Source: Eledone cirrhosa
Taxonomy: Eukaryota
Direction of reading: 5' to 3'
DNA: 64,000 bases
Assembly (NCBI GenBank): GCA_964016885.1
Contig: OZ024742.1
Location: forward strand, 47,368,001-47,432,000
The notes under the pieces are model-generated. The model saw only the letters and a list, made by a program, of their open reading frames with translations, made no database searches and had not been told where the DNA came from. The translations under genes were made by a program, and so were the position numbers. How positions within the stretch are numbered: position 1 is the first letter of the stretch; each line of letters opens with the position of its first letter. Below, in pieces: positions 32,280 to 46,584 of this stretch.

Positions 32280-34591
32280 TTGACCTTCTCGAAAGCTTTC
32301 GATTAATCTAAATTGATCAGAGCCCCATAGAAGCCAGGTTTACACCATACCCTTTCTATGAGGTATCGCATGAGGAGGAGGTGGTGTAAGTTCTCTGTCG
32401 GGCTTGCACAAATCTGAGCCGTCCTTACCAAACTCTCGACAATAAGCACAATTGTCTTCGGTTACAGCTTGTCCAAAATCGTAAACTCTGTGTTTAGCAG
32501 AGTTAAGGGCGTGAAGTTGTCTAATGTATCCCTCTTTTCTCGTCTTTCCTCATTAGCATCAGCAGGCCCGGCTCACAGCCCCGGGAATACACCCGTTCGG
32601 TTGCCATTTACAATAGAGACCTTCGAGGAGATCGGAGAACAAGTCTGGCATGTCTATGTGAAGCTAGTAGGGCAGACCATCCAAACCGGGTTATTTCTAC
32701 CTTGTGCAGCCGACTAGGGCATCCCGAATTTCGGCTGATTTTATCGGTCTTTTGTAGCGCTTAGCTTCGGCTAGTGAGAGATGGGGTAGCCCGTCGGGTA
32801 GGGATTGAAATCCGACACCATCACCGAACACCGCCCCCACCGAACATCTGAACAAAGTACTGGCAAAAGGCCTCAGACATCTGCCTGGAATCGTTCAGCT
32901 TGCGTTCTTCTCGTTCCGTCAAAGGTAGAATTGTAGATTTTTTACCACCCAGCGCCTCCGCTACGCGGACCCATTCAACAGCTTTTTGTTTCCTCCTTGT
33001 AAATATGTACCTTAACTTTTACAATGCAACCTTCGTGTTCCTTATTGAAGAAATGGTCTAATGCCATTCTCGCGGCTAGTACGTCGGTTGCAATGCCACT
33101 ACTAGTAGCCTCGTCTAATTTAGTTATCAGCTTCACCTCCTTTTAATTTTCTCAAAAACTTCTTTACTAAAAACTATGAACATTGCTCTGATCTCTCGTT
33201 TGAGAGTGCCCCAACTGCCGTTAGTGACGAATTTTGAATAATTATATTAATGACTCGGTTCCTGTAAGCTTTACCTGCCGGGAACGACATGTTCAGCTTC
33301 CAGTAACCAGGTCCTAACCTATGGACAAGAAATGGAACGAGGTCATGGCGAAGGTGTTTGCAACACACAGAAGTGTGCTGAGTTCAAACTCTCCCTGAAA
33401 TGTCGAGCGGAGGTGGCGAACACTTACATAGCGTCCGTCATCTACTACCGCTTGACAGCCGTGCCTTGTCTCCGCGAATACCTCCCGAAAATGGAACGCC
33501 TACTCTTCAAGTTCCTCTAGAAGAAACAGGCTCCATTGGTGAGGAGATCCATCTGCTGTCAACACCTTTCTAACGGAGGGCTGGGCATGCTGTGACTGAT
33601 GATGTGCAAACACGCGCTGAGGCTACGCCATCACCAGGTATTCCTGACCGGCGAACCGGTGTGGCTTTCGTTTGTGAGACGAGCTCATCCACAACTCGTC
33701 TCACTAACAGAGCTGCTGTCCCAGGTCAAGCGAAGACCGAAAATGGGCGCCTGGCACCTTGAGTGCCTTCAGGCGCTCACAGCCCTCTACCAAGCGGGAA
33801 CGGCAATCAGCGGAGACTCCACTTCGACAATCTATAGCGGATTAGTGGAGGATAAGTGCGACGACGTTCTCGGGGACACTCTAGGCATCGAGGAAGACGA
33901 ACTGACCAGTTAGTTCGGGATGTCTTTCCGTCCAGGGCCTATGGATAACTTCCAGAGGTCTCTGGCCTAGCAGTGCTACCAAGGAGCTCTACCAGCTCCA
34001 GACAAAATCTACAGGCATGGACGCCCTGCCAGAGATCCTGCTAAAAAGACCTGTCCAAGATGCGATCAGGACATCGAAACCGTTCTGCACGAAATTGTTC
34101 AGTACCCAGGGGTGACCGACCTGTGGAATTATGTCGAATAGCTACTGTCACGCGTAGGACGCATCCATTTTCAACCGAGTCCATCGTGAAGATCACCCCG
34201 CCGCCTTCATTTAAGAATGAAGGAGAGGCGGTCTTCCTCTGTCTGGTGGCTATGGCGAAAGAGGTAATATGGTAGACGAGGTTAAAAGGACTTAGGGCAA
34301 GCATCTTTCTCTCCGGAGAACAACACACCCCTTCTTTATGTACCACTTCAGAAGGAAGGTGAGAGTGGAGAGAGAGGGGCTACACCCCAGTAAATTCGTT
34401 TCAAGGGTTATTCTATCCACGGGGTGTAAAACAATCCCGCAGTAGCGTTACCCCGCCTAATGGAGATTTCAATTGTTTTATTTTTATATAGTTTATTGTT
34501 ATTTATCATTGTTAAAGATTTTATGTAAAACCACCGCCGTCACATCTTGTAATGTCCCATTTTTGTACGCCCTTGTGGCAAATAAAGAAAG

Positions 34592-34592
<1 letters not shown>
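32280..34592. mobile_element. Decayed L1/Tx1-type LINE with 5' inversion (minus ~32280-33330, plus ~33331-34592)
   Basis: Minus: LGPGYWKLN, PGLDGLPY, NFTPLTLLNTE, ALINLD*SKAFEKV. Plus: LSLKCRAEVANTYIASVIYYRL, QHLSNGGLGM. Ends AATAAAGAAAGA. Confidence 0.8.
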
Positions 34593-34623
<31 letters not shown>

Positions 34624-34743
34624 CAAACACACACATATGCACAATCATTTAGAAAACCTTTGATACATTCAACAACACCACAAGCTCTCTCTCTCATATG
34701 TCTCTCTTTCAATCTACTTTCTCAAAACCACTATTTCTCTCTA

Positions 34744-34828
<85 letters not shown>

Positions 34829-36190
34829 GAAGCTACCGGGAAAAACTCCGTATCTCGGGAGCACGTGCTCTGATTTGCGCGAACCTTGTTTCATTCCATT
34901 TGTATTCCCATTGCAGAGGCAACTTCCTTTCATTGTATTTTCCCATTATACGCCGTTTTGGTTACATTAAATTAGAGACAGGCACACAATCACAGTGTTC
35001 TAGTAGTATATATAGATAGTCAAGATGTATATCATTCCATTTGAGATTTTCGTACGAGGAGTGATAACTCCCCGATTGTGGACTGGCACTAAACATGATC
35101 TATTAGGATCGGGGTATGCTAGTTCCGGCACTAATAGGATCTCTAAACCTTGCTACGGTATCACAGAACAGGGTTTCATGAGCATGAACAGTTTTGTTAA
35201 TGTTCAATATTTGTCTAACTGCTAACATCTTGTTAATGTATAATGACGTTGTAAAGCCTGAATATACGTTTGCCTGCCTTACAGACCTTGCTATATTTTG
35301 TAGACCGTGTGTCAGAAAGATTATAAAAATAATCCAGGTATCTTTTATGAAACTGCAGGCTGTTCTCTAACCAATTTGTAATTCTTGGCTATCATCTCAT
35401 GTACAGTTATTCAGTACAATATTAAACAGAAAGAAATAATAGATATATGTAACTGAAACTAATAAGTGCCAACATATGTCTGTTTAAAAACAATATAGCA
35501 TATTTATTTTGTGTGAATGTAGAAAGATAACTAATACACTCTACTATTATATTCTTGTTTTATTAAGAAATTACGTTCTTACGAGATTAAATGCCTAGGT
35601 AGTGTCATGTCTTATTGAACATCTTTTAACGTCTGATTCTTGTAATGAAAATATAATAGTTATAATCTTCCCTTCTCATTGTTGAGCGCCGTAGACAAAC
35701 TTGTGGAATCACGGAATTCGGTTCTGCTCTCTTCACTTATAAGTAGTAACACAAAAGGCGTTCTTCGCCTGTTGCCAACATGTAACGTCGAAATTTACAT
35801 TTCAGCTAAAGTTTACCTTTCAGCTCTTTTTGTCTGTGTTCTCTCCTATTATTGTGTACTTATGTACATTAATTTATGCTCAAAGGTATGTAAAATTATC
35901 GAAATATATACAATTCCTTTTGACCACTTCAATAATCATCATTTTTAAGGAATTTGAATCTTTTATGAATATTTATTAGGTGCATTGAAAGGTTATTATA
36001 GTTTTAACATAAGTGTGAGAATTTAAAGTATATTGTAACACAACGAATGGGAGAAATAATGAATTATTGTCAGCTTTTCAATCAATACCGTATTTTATTA
36101 GGGTTAATATATAATTTATAAAATTTTGAAACTTGTTCATAATTTAAAAGAATTATTTCTTTGAAATATATATATATGACTATCCATGTA

Positions 36191-36222
<32 letters not shown>

Positions 36223-36380
36223 ATACTTTGGGAGGGTCATGTTGCCAATAAGAAACACACGCACCAGTTGCTTTCACTTCAATTTATTATATATTTATAA
36301 ATTTATAAATTTACAAATCTACAAACTTATAAATTTCTGGTTGGTTGGTTGGTTCCACAACCAGATAGTTGTTTATATAT

Positions 36381-36425
36381 AGTCATAGTCCTTTCCTCAC
36401 ACACTCTGTGACCTCTTCAGTGACT
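36381..36425 (-). ncRNA. Minimal hammerhead in family B pLTR
   Basis: Reverse complement of 39104-39148. Confidence 0.7.
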
Positions 36426-36629
36426 GGGGATTCCTTTCTTTGTTTCTGTGCCTTTCCTTTCTTCTGTCCTACGCCATTTTGTTTCTGTGTGTGTGTTGTG
36501 TGCTCAGTTTGCGCATGCGCCACATCCGGGTGTCTGTGTGTGTTTGTGTTCATTTATCTATTTGTTTATTTATTTACATGTTGTTGGTTGGTTGTTTGTT
36601 CTATGTGTGTGTGTGTTTTCATTTTGTCC

Positions 36630-38183
36630 TTAATTGTAAGTTGTGATGTTGCTGTTCCACTCATATTTTCTATTTAATTTTGGTTGTAATTCTTTTATGC
36701 TTACTGCCTCTGTAATTTGCCTAAACATTGCATCTTTTCTGTGTGTGGATTCTATTTTTATTTCTATGTTCTCTAGTTTACCCTTGTGATCTATCTTAGC
36801 ATGTTGGTAGAGTACAGATGATTCTTTATTATCTTGAAGGTCTCGCCAGTGTTCATTTATCCGTTCCCCTATACTACGAGCTGTCTCACCTATGTACACT
36901 ATATTTTTGTTTCTACATTGTCCCTCAGTACATCTTATGCTATACACTACATTTCTAGTTTTACAGTTAATATGGGAGCTTATTTTACAGGTTATACATT
37001 TCTTATCTATACATGAGGGTCTTTGGAACGGGTATGTCTTGCTAATATGTGTTTTTACGGAGGTACCTGGTCTTTCTACTATCTTAATATTGAGTTTATG
37101 TTTATTTAGGGCCCTCCTAAATTTGTAGGCTAGTTCGCCTCTAGGGGTTGTATTGATGAACATTACACTTTGGTATTTATTGCTATCATACCATGAGTTT
37201 ATTCTATTGGCCTTGTTCCTAGTTCTTTCTATTCTATTCCAAAATTTGCTCCTATACAAGGGGCAGGTCCTATTTATGTCATTATTTACCTTTTTTTCCC
37301 ATTTGGTTCTGGCTCCTCTATACACTCTGATTCTATCTCTCTGATTGTAGCCAGAGAACTGCATACGGTGGATGAAGTGTTGTATGTGTCTCTCTAGTTC
37401 TTCGGGGTTGCACATGCGGGACACATTTCTCATCACCCGTACCAAATCCGCAATCAGTATGTTGATTTTGGTATGGTCCGAAATGGCCGAGTTTCGGTGG
37501 ATCAGATGTTTGGATGTCATGGGTTTGGCATAATGGGAATGGAGGATTTGTTTTTGGTTGTTAATGGTACCTAACCAGAGCTCTTTGTCTAGTACAGGTA
37601 ATCGATGGTTGGGGTGTCTACTTGGGTAGTCTATAGTAACTCTAATGCTCTGGTGGATGGAGTTTGCTATTTGCTGGATGCTTTCCATTGTGTTTTTCTC
37701 TAGTTCCTGACTCTTCTCTAGTGGGGGTGTCTTAAATACCATGTTTATATCATCTACGTAGCGGGAGTACATTATCAGGGTTAAGCTGTCTTCTAATTGT
37801 TCTTTAAGTTTAAGTTTAAGTCGTCTGTCCCACCTTACCATGAATACGTTAGCTATGTCTCCTGCAATGCTAACACCAATGGCTGCTCCTTCCTCTTGGG
37901 CATATGTTTTTCCATTAAATTTGAACATATGTTCCTTAAGGGTTAATTTTATGCTGGCCCCTACCGCATGTGCAATCATTTTCTTCAGTTCATCGTGGTT
38001 TTCGGGTGTCCGTATGGCACTGGTCCACCCGTTCCATCTATCTGTGTGGGTTTTCTTGGCCATTGAGGTAATGGTAGGTGGTCTGCCTCTTGCTGGTCTT
38101 GTAGGGCACAGGTTGCTAAGGTCATAAGTGTCTAGGTAACTATTACTATGGGTAAGCTTAAGTAGAAGTCCCAGCTCACTGGT
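36630..38183 (-). CDS. Open RT-core-to-GIY-YIG fragment in the inverted arm (5'-truncated)
   Basis: QEEGAAIG, YSRYVDDI, LPVLD, YAKPM, C..C..C...C, NVVYSIRC..YIGETARSIGERINEH, ITEAV, KLNRKYE. Confidence 0.88.
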   Translation of the reverse strand, partial: TSELGLLLKLTHSNSYLDTYDLSNLCPTRPARGRPPTITSMAKKTHTDRWNGWTSAIRTPENHDELKKMIAHAVGASIKLTLKEHMFKFNGKTYAQEEGAAIGVSIAGDIANVFMVRWDRRLKLKLKEQLEDSLTLIMYSRYVDDINMVFKTPPLEKSQELEKNTMESIQQIANSIHQSIRVTIDYPSRHPNHRLPVLDKELWLGTINNQKQILHSHYAKPMTSKHLIHRNSAISDHTKINILIADLVRVMRNVSRMCNPEELERHIQHFIHRMQFSGYNQRDRIRVYRGARTKWEKKVNNDINRTCPLYRSKFWNRIERTRNKANRINSWYDSNKYQSVMFINTTPRGELAYKFRRALNKHKLNIKIVERPGTSVKTHISKTYPFQRPSCIDKKCITCKISSHINCKTRNVVYSIRCTEGQCRNKNIVYIGETARSIGERINEHWRDLQDNKESSVLYQHAKIDHKGKLENIEIKIESTHRKDAMFRQITEAVSIKELQPKLNRKYEWNSNITTYN

Positions 38184-38187
38184 ATCA

Positions 38188-38899
38188 GAGAGATAGAATC
38201 AGAGTGTATAGAGGAGACAGAACCAAATGGGAAAAAATGGTAAATAATGACATAAATGGGACCTGCCCCTTGTATAGGAGCAAATTTTGGAATAGAATAG
38301 AAAGAACTAGAAACAAGGCCAATAGAATAAACTCATGGTATGATAGCAATAAATACCAGAGTGTAATGTTCATCAATACAACCCCTAGAGGTGAACTAGC
38401 CTACAAATTTAGAAGGGCCCTAAATAAACATAAACTCAAAATTAAGATAGTAGAAATACCAGGTACTTCCGTAAAAACACTTATTAGCAAGACATACCCG
38501 TTCCAAAGACCCTCATGTATAGATAAGAAATGTATAACCTGTAAAATAAGCCCCCATATTAACTGTAAAACTAGAAATGTAGTGTATAGCATGAGATGTA
38601 CTGAAGGACAATGTAGAAACAAAAATATAGTGTACATAGGTGAGACAGCTCGTAGTATAGTGGAACGGAGAAATGAACACTGGCGAGACCTTCAAGATAA
38701 TAAAGAATCATCTGTACTCTACCAACATGCTAAGATAGAACACAAGGGTAAACTAGAGAACATAGAAATAAAAATAGAATCCACACACAGAAAAGATGCA
38801 ATGTTTAGGCAAATTACAGAGGCAGTAAGCATAAAAGAATTACAACCAAAATTAAATAGAAAATATGAGTGGAACAGCAACATCACAACTTACAATTAA
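38188..38899 (+). pseudogene. GIY-YIG C-terminal fragment of the partial tandem copy
   Basis: Near-identical to the last ~230 aa of the 36630-38063 ORF. Confidence 0.88.
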
Positions 38900-39103
38900 G
38901 GACAAAATGAAAACACACACACACATAGAACAAACAACCAACCAACAACATGTAAATAAATAAACAAATAGATAAATGAACACAAACACACACAGACACC
39001 CGGATGTGGCGCATGCGCAAACTGAGCACACAACACACACACAGAAACAAATTGGCGTAGGACAGAAGAAAGGAAAGGCACAGAAACAAAGAGAGGAATC
39101 CCC

Positions 39104-39148
39104 AGTCACTGAAGAGGTCACAGAGTGTGTGAGGAAAGGACTATGACT
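39104..39148 (+). ncRNA. Minimal hammerhead in family B pLTR
   Basis: agtca CTGAAGA g gtcaca gagtg tgtgag GAAA ggac TA tgact. Confidence 0.7.
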
Positions 39149-39287
39149 ATATATAAACAACTATCTGGTTGTGGAACCAACCAACCAACCAGAAATTTAT
39201 AAGTTTGTAGATTTGTAAATTTATAAATTTATAAATATATAATAAATTGAAGTGAAACAACTGGTGCGTGTGTTTCTTATTGGCAAC

Positions 39288-42200
39288 ATGACCCTCCCAA
39301 AGTATAACAATATGGGTTTCAACACACGATTTCAGATAAAGAATCTTGCTAAACAAATTCAGAAACGAAATATCGTAAGCCTTAGCCAGACTAACAAGAT
39401 ACTGAAAACCACCATGTTCTGTTGTCTACGAAAAACCATAATATCTCGACAACTATCCTTCATAAAGCAGTGTGCCTCTTCCAGAATCTACACCAACACC
39501 ATCAATACCGACGTTAGAAGATTACAACTCACCAAAAAACAAGCAGATAGGCTAAAACGAACTTTAATTCTAAACATAAAAAAGAAGATCTATAGAGAAT
39601 TAAGTCATCAAGAAAAACAAAAGCGTAACCTAATACAAGAAATAGCTAGAATCACAACACCAACAGAGAAACTAATATTTATAAGCCTTATACGCCCCGA
39701 AGAACAGTACATTACTCAAGAATGTGATAAGCACTTTAACAGGAAACTAAACTGGCTTAAACAGGCAAAGCTAAATCAGGATACTATAGAGTATACCAAT
39801 AGATATCCCGACAAAATTGACGGTATCAACATGGCCGACACCTCATTATCAGAAGAGTTCAACAACAAAAACACCAACATTTATGGGAACGCAAAAATAG
39901 ATAATGATGAAATGTCTGTGTTATGTTTTCCGCCGAAATTTGCGACATTCAAGAAGGTAAATATGATAGTTGTGTGTCAGAAATAGAAAAATCATTTACA
40001 AAACGACGCTGGAGCATCAAAAACAAAAGCAACAATATACGCACACACATATACAACACACATCCCAACAACAACAGACACACAGACACAAACAACAATA
40101 ACAACAACACACACATCAACAACAACAACAATAGCAACATACCCAGAAACAACAACAACAGACACGCAGACACAAACAACAATAACAACACACACAACAA
40201 CGATAACACACACGAAGACAACAACAACAACACACATCAACAACAGCACACATCAACAACAACAACACACACGCATTCAATGCCTCTCACCACCACCACA
40301 ATCTTAACAAACACACAGACACAGAAAACAAGTAATGACAGTAGCACAGAAATCAGAGAAATAAGGGAAAGTAATAAGATTAAAAGGAAAAGGAGATGGG
40401 AGACTAAGGACAAAGAGAATAACCAAGACGAACACACAGACACACAAAATAGGGTAGATAACAACATTGAGCCAGTGGAAAGAGACAGGAGTAATTATGA
40501 GAGACATAGAATCAACCATGAGGCTGTTGGTGGAAATAGAAATAGAAACAACACAACTAACAATAACAATAGCACTAGTACACATAAAGCAGCAGCCTGG
40601 AACTCTCCGTTTTATAATCCCTCCGATAAATCATTCGACCTGCGACGAGTCCACGCCACGACTTTACCATTTAACAAACGCACGCAGTTGCCGTCGCAGG
40701 TCGATGAACAAACAGAAGCACAATTTAGTATAGCTAAATCCGAACTTAGAAATATTATAGAACAGGATAGCAAGAAGCATAATAGAATAGAGGCCCAGCA
40801 ACTGGGAGAACAATCTGCAAATGGCTTGCGTAAGCTCATGCAGCGCTCACGTAATGGAGAGATAGCATGCTTTCCAACAGACAAGTCTGGCAGAATGTCG
40901 GTTGACAGCCTGCCAAACTACATCCAGGCAATGCAACCCCACATCACTAACACAAGAGAGGTAACACCACAGGAGCATGAGGATAGAGAAAAAGCCCTCA
41001 ATGCCCATATGGTGATGTGGACGAATATAATGCAGCCCAACAAAAGGATTGCCAACAACTTTCTGGAACAATGACGTGCCGGCGTTGTATGGGCTTCGAA
41101 AAGACAATAAAACGGGCTGTGACCCTGTCGCGGGACCACCAACACGGCCATTCTGTGGAGCTAACATTGCTAGTAACTACAGACTGTCCTACTTCCTTTC
41201 CCTGATCATACGCCCCATCATCGAGATGTCCCCAGATGTATGTGACAGCACGGAGGACCTCCTCAGCAGAATCGGCGTGAGTAACCGATCTGGGGACCTA
41301 ACAAACTGCATAATAGGCAGTATGGATGTTGTGTCCCTGTATCCATCTATTGACGTGGATTTTGCTGTGGAGAAATGCGTAGAAATGATCAGCGAGAGCA
41401 AGGTTGAGTTCCGTGGGATTGATACCAGTGAGCTGGGACTTCTACTTAAGCTTACCCATAGTAATAGTTCCCTAGACACTTATGACCTTAGCAACCTGTG
41501 CCCTACAAGACCAGCAAGAGGCAGACCACCTACCATTACCTCAATGGCCAAGAAAACCCACACAGATAGATGGAACGGGTGGACCAGAGCCATACGGACA
41601 CCCGAAAACCACGATGAACTGAAGAAAATGATTGCACATGCGGTAGGGGCCATAATAAAATTAACCCTTAAGGAACATATGTTCAAATTTAATGGAAAAA
41701 CATATGCCCAAGAGGAAGGAGCAGCCATTGGTGTTAGTATTGCAGGCGACATAGCTAACTTATTCATGGTATGGTGGGACAGTAGACTTAAACTTAAACT
41801 TAAAGAACAATTAGAAGACAGCTTAACCCTGATAATGTACTCCCGCTACGTAGATGATATAAACATCGTAGTTAAGACACCCCCACTAGAGAACAGTCAG
41901 GAACTAGAGAAAAACACAATGGAAAGCATCCAGCAAATAGCAAACTCCATCCACCAGAGCATTAGAGTTACTATAGACTACCCAAGTAGACACCCCAACC
42001 ATCGATTACCTGTACTAGACAAAGAGCTCTGGTTAGGTACCATTAACAACCAAAAACAAATCCTCCATTCCCATTATGCCAAACCCATGACATCCAAACA
42101 TCTGATCCACCGAAACTCGGCCATTTCGGACCATACCAAAATCAACATACTGATTGCGGATTTGGTACGGGTGATGTGAAATGTGTCCCGCATGTGCAAC

Positions 42201-42978
42201 CCCGAAGAACTAGAGAGACACATACAACACTTCATCCACCGTATGCAGTTCTCTGGCTACAATCACAGAGATAGAATCAGAGTGTATAGAGGAGCCAGAA
42301 CCAAATGGGAAAAAAATGGTAAATAATGACATAAATGGGACCTGCCCCTTGTATAGGAGCAGATTTTGGAATAGAATAGAAAGAACTAGGAACAAGGCCA
42401 ATAGAATAAACTCATGGTATGATAGCAATAAATACCAGACTGTAATGTTCATCAATACAACCCCTAGAGGCGAACTAGCCTAAACATTTAGAAGGGCCCT
42501 AAATAAACATAAACTCAATATTAAGATAGTAGAAAGACCAGGTACCTCCGCAAAAACACATATTAGCAAGACGTACCCGTTCCAAAGACCCTCATGTATG
42601 CATAAGAAATGTATAACCTGTAAAATAAGCCCCCATATTAACTGTAAAACTAGAAATGTAGTGTATAGCATAAGATGTACTGAAGGACAATATAGAAACA
42701 AACATATAGTGTACATAGGTGAGACAGCTCGTAGTATAGGGGAACGGATAAATGAACACTGGCGAGACCTTCAAGATAATAAAGAATCATCTGTACTCTA
42801 CCAACATGCTAAGATAGAACACAACGATAAACTAGAGAACATAGAAATAAAAATAGAATCCACACACAGAAAAGATGCAATGTTTAGGCAAATTACAGAG
42901 GCAGTAAGCATAAAAGAATTACAACCAAAATTAAATAGAATATATGAGTGGAACAGCAACATCACAACTTACAATTAA
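39288..42978 (+). pseudogene. Full-length family B PLE ORF disrupted by frameshifts (~39950, ~41070, ~42310) and stops (42177, 42481)
   Basis: Consecutive ORF fragments with PPKFA, PTDKSGR, LYGLRKD..PTRP, SMDVVSLYPSI, YVDD and GIY-YIG motifs. Confidence 0.9.
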
Positions 42979-43113
42979 GGACAAAATAAACACAAACACA
43001 CACAGACACCCGGATGTGGCGCATGCGCAAACTGAGCATACAACACACACACAGAAACAAAATGGCGTAGGACAGAAGAAAGGAAAGGCACAGAAACAAA
43101 GAGAGGAATCCCC

Positions 43114-43158
43114 AGTCACTGAAGAGGTCACAGAGTGTGTGAGGAAAGGACTATGACT
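43114..43158 (+). ncRNA. Minimal hammerhead in the 3' pLTR of family B
   Basis: Same sequence as 39104-39148. Confidence 0.7.
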
Positions 43159-43377
43159 ATATATAAACAACTATCTGTTTGTGGAACCAACCAACCAACC
43201 AGAAATTTATAAGTTTGTAGATTTGTAAATTTATAAATTTATAAATATATAATAAATTGAAGTGAAACAACTGGTGCGTGTGTTTCTTATTGGCAACATG
43301 ACCCTCCCAAAGTATAACAATATCGGTTTCAACACACGATTTCAGATAAAGAATCTTGCTAAACAAATTCAGAAACG

Positions 43378-43442
<65 letters not shown>

Positions 43443-43950
43443 CGGGGTAACAAATTATTGTTATAGGTAGTCCACTTAAGTGTAGTCCAGTTATGGTACT
43501 CCGGGTAGTGGATGATATCAACGCTTGGCTAAGTTTAACTCAACAAGGCGTTTCCATAGTGATGTTGCGAGTACGCTGTAATTCCTATGTTGTAAACACC
43601 TGGAGTAATGATAAATCAGGAAAGAAGGGTGACACGGTTTGCTATATTAAAAAGGTTTTTAATCTCATTGCTGACAATTGTTTCTCTGAACTGGTAGGTC
43701 AAGGGATCGCTACCCGCTTGTTTTCACGTTATTCGATCACTAATAGAAAGTTATAACCAGTCAATTCATCGGATCTCCGATCCCAAGTTCCGATTAATTG
43801 ACTGGTTATAACTTTGTAGTAGTGATCGAATAACGTGAAAACAAGCGGGTAGCGATCTCTAGACCTACCAGTTCAGAGAAACAATTGTCAGCAATGAGAT
43901 TAAAACCCTTTTTTGTATAGCAATCCGTGTCACTCTTCTTTCCTGATTTA
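43443..43950. mobile_element. Fold-back mini-element, family F
   Basis: Inverted arms ~43611-43772 and ~43790-43950, each with a hammerhead 3' half GAAA caattg TC (43878-43889). The left arm extends to 43443; TA flanks. Confidence 0.75.
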
Positions 43951-43956
43951 TATATA

Positions 43957-45310
<1,354 letters not shown>

Positions 45311-45330
45311 ATATATATATATATATATAC

Positions 45331-45788
45331 ATGGTAGCTGCCAACTCATTTTCGAGTACGGCCACTACGTTATATCCATGTAGGAGAACCCCTACCGATG
45401 CGCTGAACGAGTGTGACTTTTTAGTCTAGCCAGCGACTTGAAAACTCTGGTACAAACACTACACTTGTGACAATTATTGACATATGGTGCTGGGCCCATG
45501 GTACCATGTGACGACAAGTGCAGAGAGATCTCCAGATATAAAGCAATGCCTGTGCCGTGAAGCTTTTATAGTGAGCAAAGGCACTGCACAAAGCCAGTCC
45601 CACTCTCTTAACCAAGATGATATTTACCAAAAAGAAGAACAAGTCAACATCATTGGATACCATCAGGGTTGCAGGTGTTATATCAGAGTTTTCCTTCTCC
45701 TAGAATTCTGCCTTGACAAAGGCTAAGATGTCATCTCTCACAGTGATTTCGGATGGCCATTCATTCTTAAGAGCTCCTTTGCCCTTTG
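45331..45788 (-). mobile_element. Family C element, 5'-truncated
   Basis: Near-identical to 19262-19720. Confidence 0.75.
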
Positions 45789-46012
45789 AAAGAGCCTTAT
45801 TATAATATGCTGCATGGTTTATAAATATCTCCTCATTTGCTGATAGCATGGAGATCCTATATATATATATATATATATATCAGTAGAAAGGAAAAGAAAA
45901 TGGTGACACATTTTTCACAGGGAAAAATTTGTCACTAGTTAGTTTTCCTTTTCACTAATATATCACAACTCGTGTGTCACACCTCTATTTTTTTAATATA
46001 TATATATATATA

Positions 46013-46400
46013 CAGTCACCCAAACGCGAACACACACCAAACACTATACACATACGCAAACGCATGCATAGAGAAGAAGACAAATATAAATAAATAAATA
46101 AATAAATAAACAAATAAATAAACAGATGAAATAAAGATGGCGTAGATATACAATACAACAGGAGGAATATAATAGTACCACTGATGATGTTGCAAATGTG
46201 AAACGAAAAATCCTTGTTAGACTATATATATTGTATCTGTATTTTTGACCGTTGGTCAGTCAATAGCAAATATTGAGGACCGAATGAATTAACTGTGGAG
46301 ATATTAAAATACAGAAGCGAAAAGCAACAAAACAGTGTGTTCTGTTATTATTTCTGTCAATATTATTACAACAATATGACCCTCCCCAAGTATAACAATA

Positions 46401-46477
<77 letters not shown>

Positions 46478-46584
46478 ATACTTGGGGAGGGTCATATTGT
46501 TGTAATAATATTGACAGAAATAATAACAGAACACACTGTTTTGTTGCTTTTCGCTTCTGTATTTTAATATCTCCACAGTTAATT
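46013..46584 (+). mobile_element. Divergent family B-like pLTR with decayed hammerhead (CTGATGA 46181-46187, GAAA 46205-46208) and an inverted duplication of its 3' end
   Basis: Shares AAGATGGCGTAG and ATGACCCTCCC.AAGTATAACAATAT with family B; palindrome 46287-46584. Confidence 0.65.

Larger units (their letters stand above)
36215..43382. mobile_element. Penelope-like element, family B: inverted 3' copy (36215-38187), partial tandem copy with pLTR (38184-39372), and full-length copy ending in a pLTR (to 43382)
   Basis: Three copies of the GIY-YIG and pLTR. The pLTR tail overlaps the ORF start (ATGACCCTCCCAAAG...AAACGAAATAT). TA flanks. Confidence 0.93.

Noticed and set aside
42177-42179. In-frame TGA as possible selenocysteine, as in Naiad PLEs
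   Set aside because: The inverted copy has AGA (Arg) here, the ORF has other disablements, and the endonuclease is C-terminal.
45881-45952. Imperfect hairpin island between TA tracts
   Set aside because: Single copy in the window with no ribozyme core or TSD; unclassifiable.
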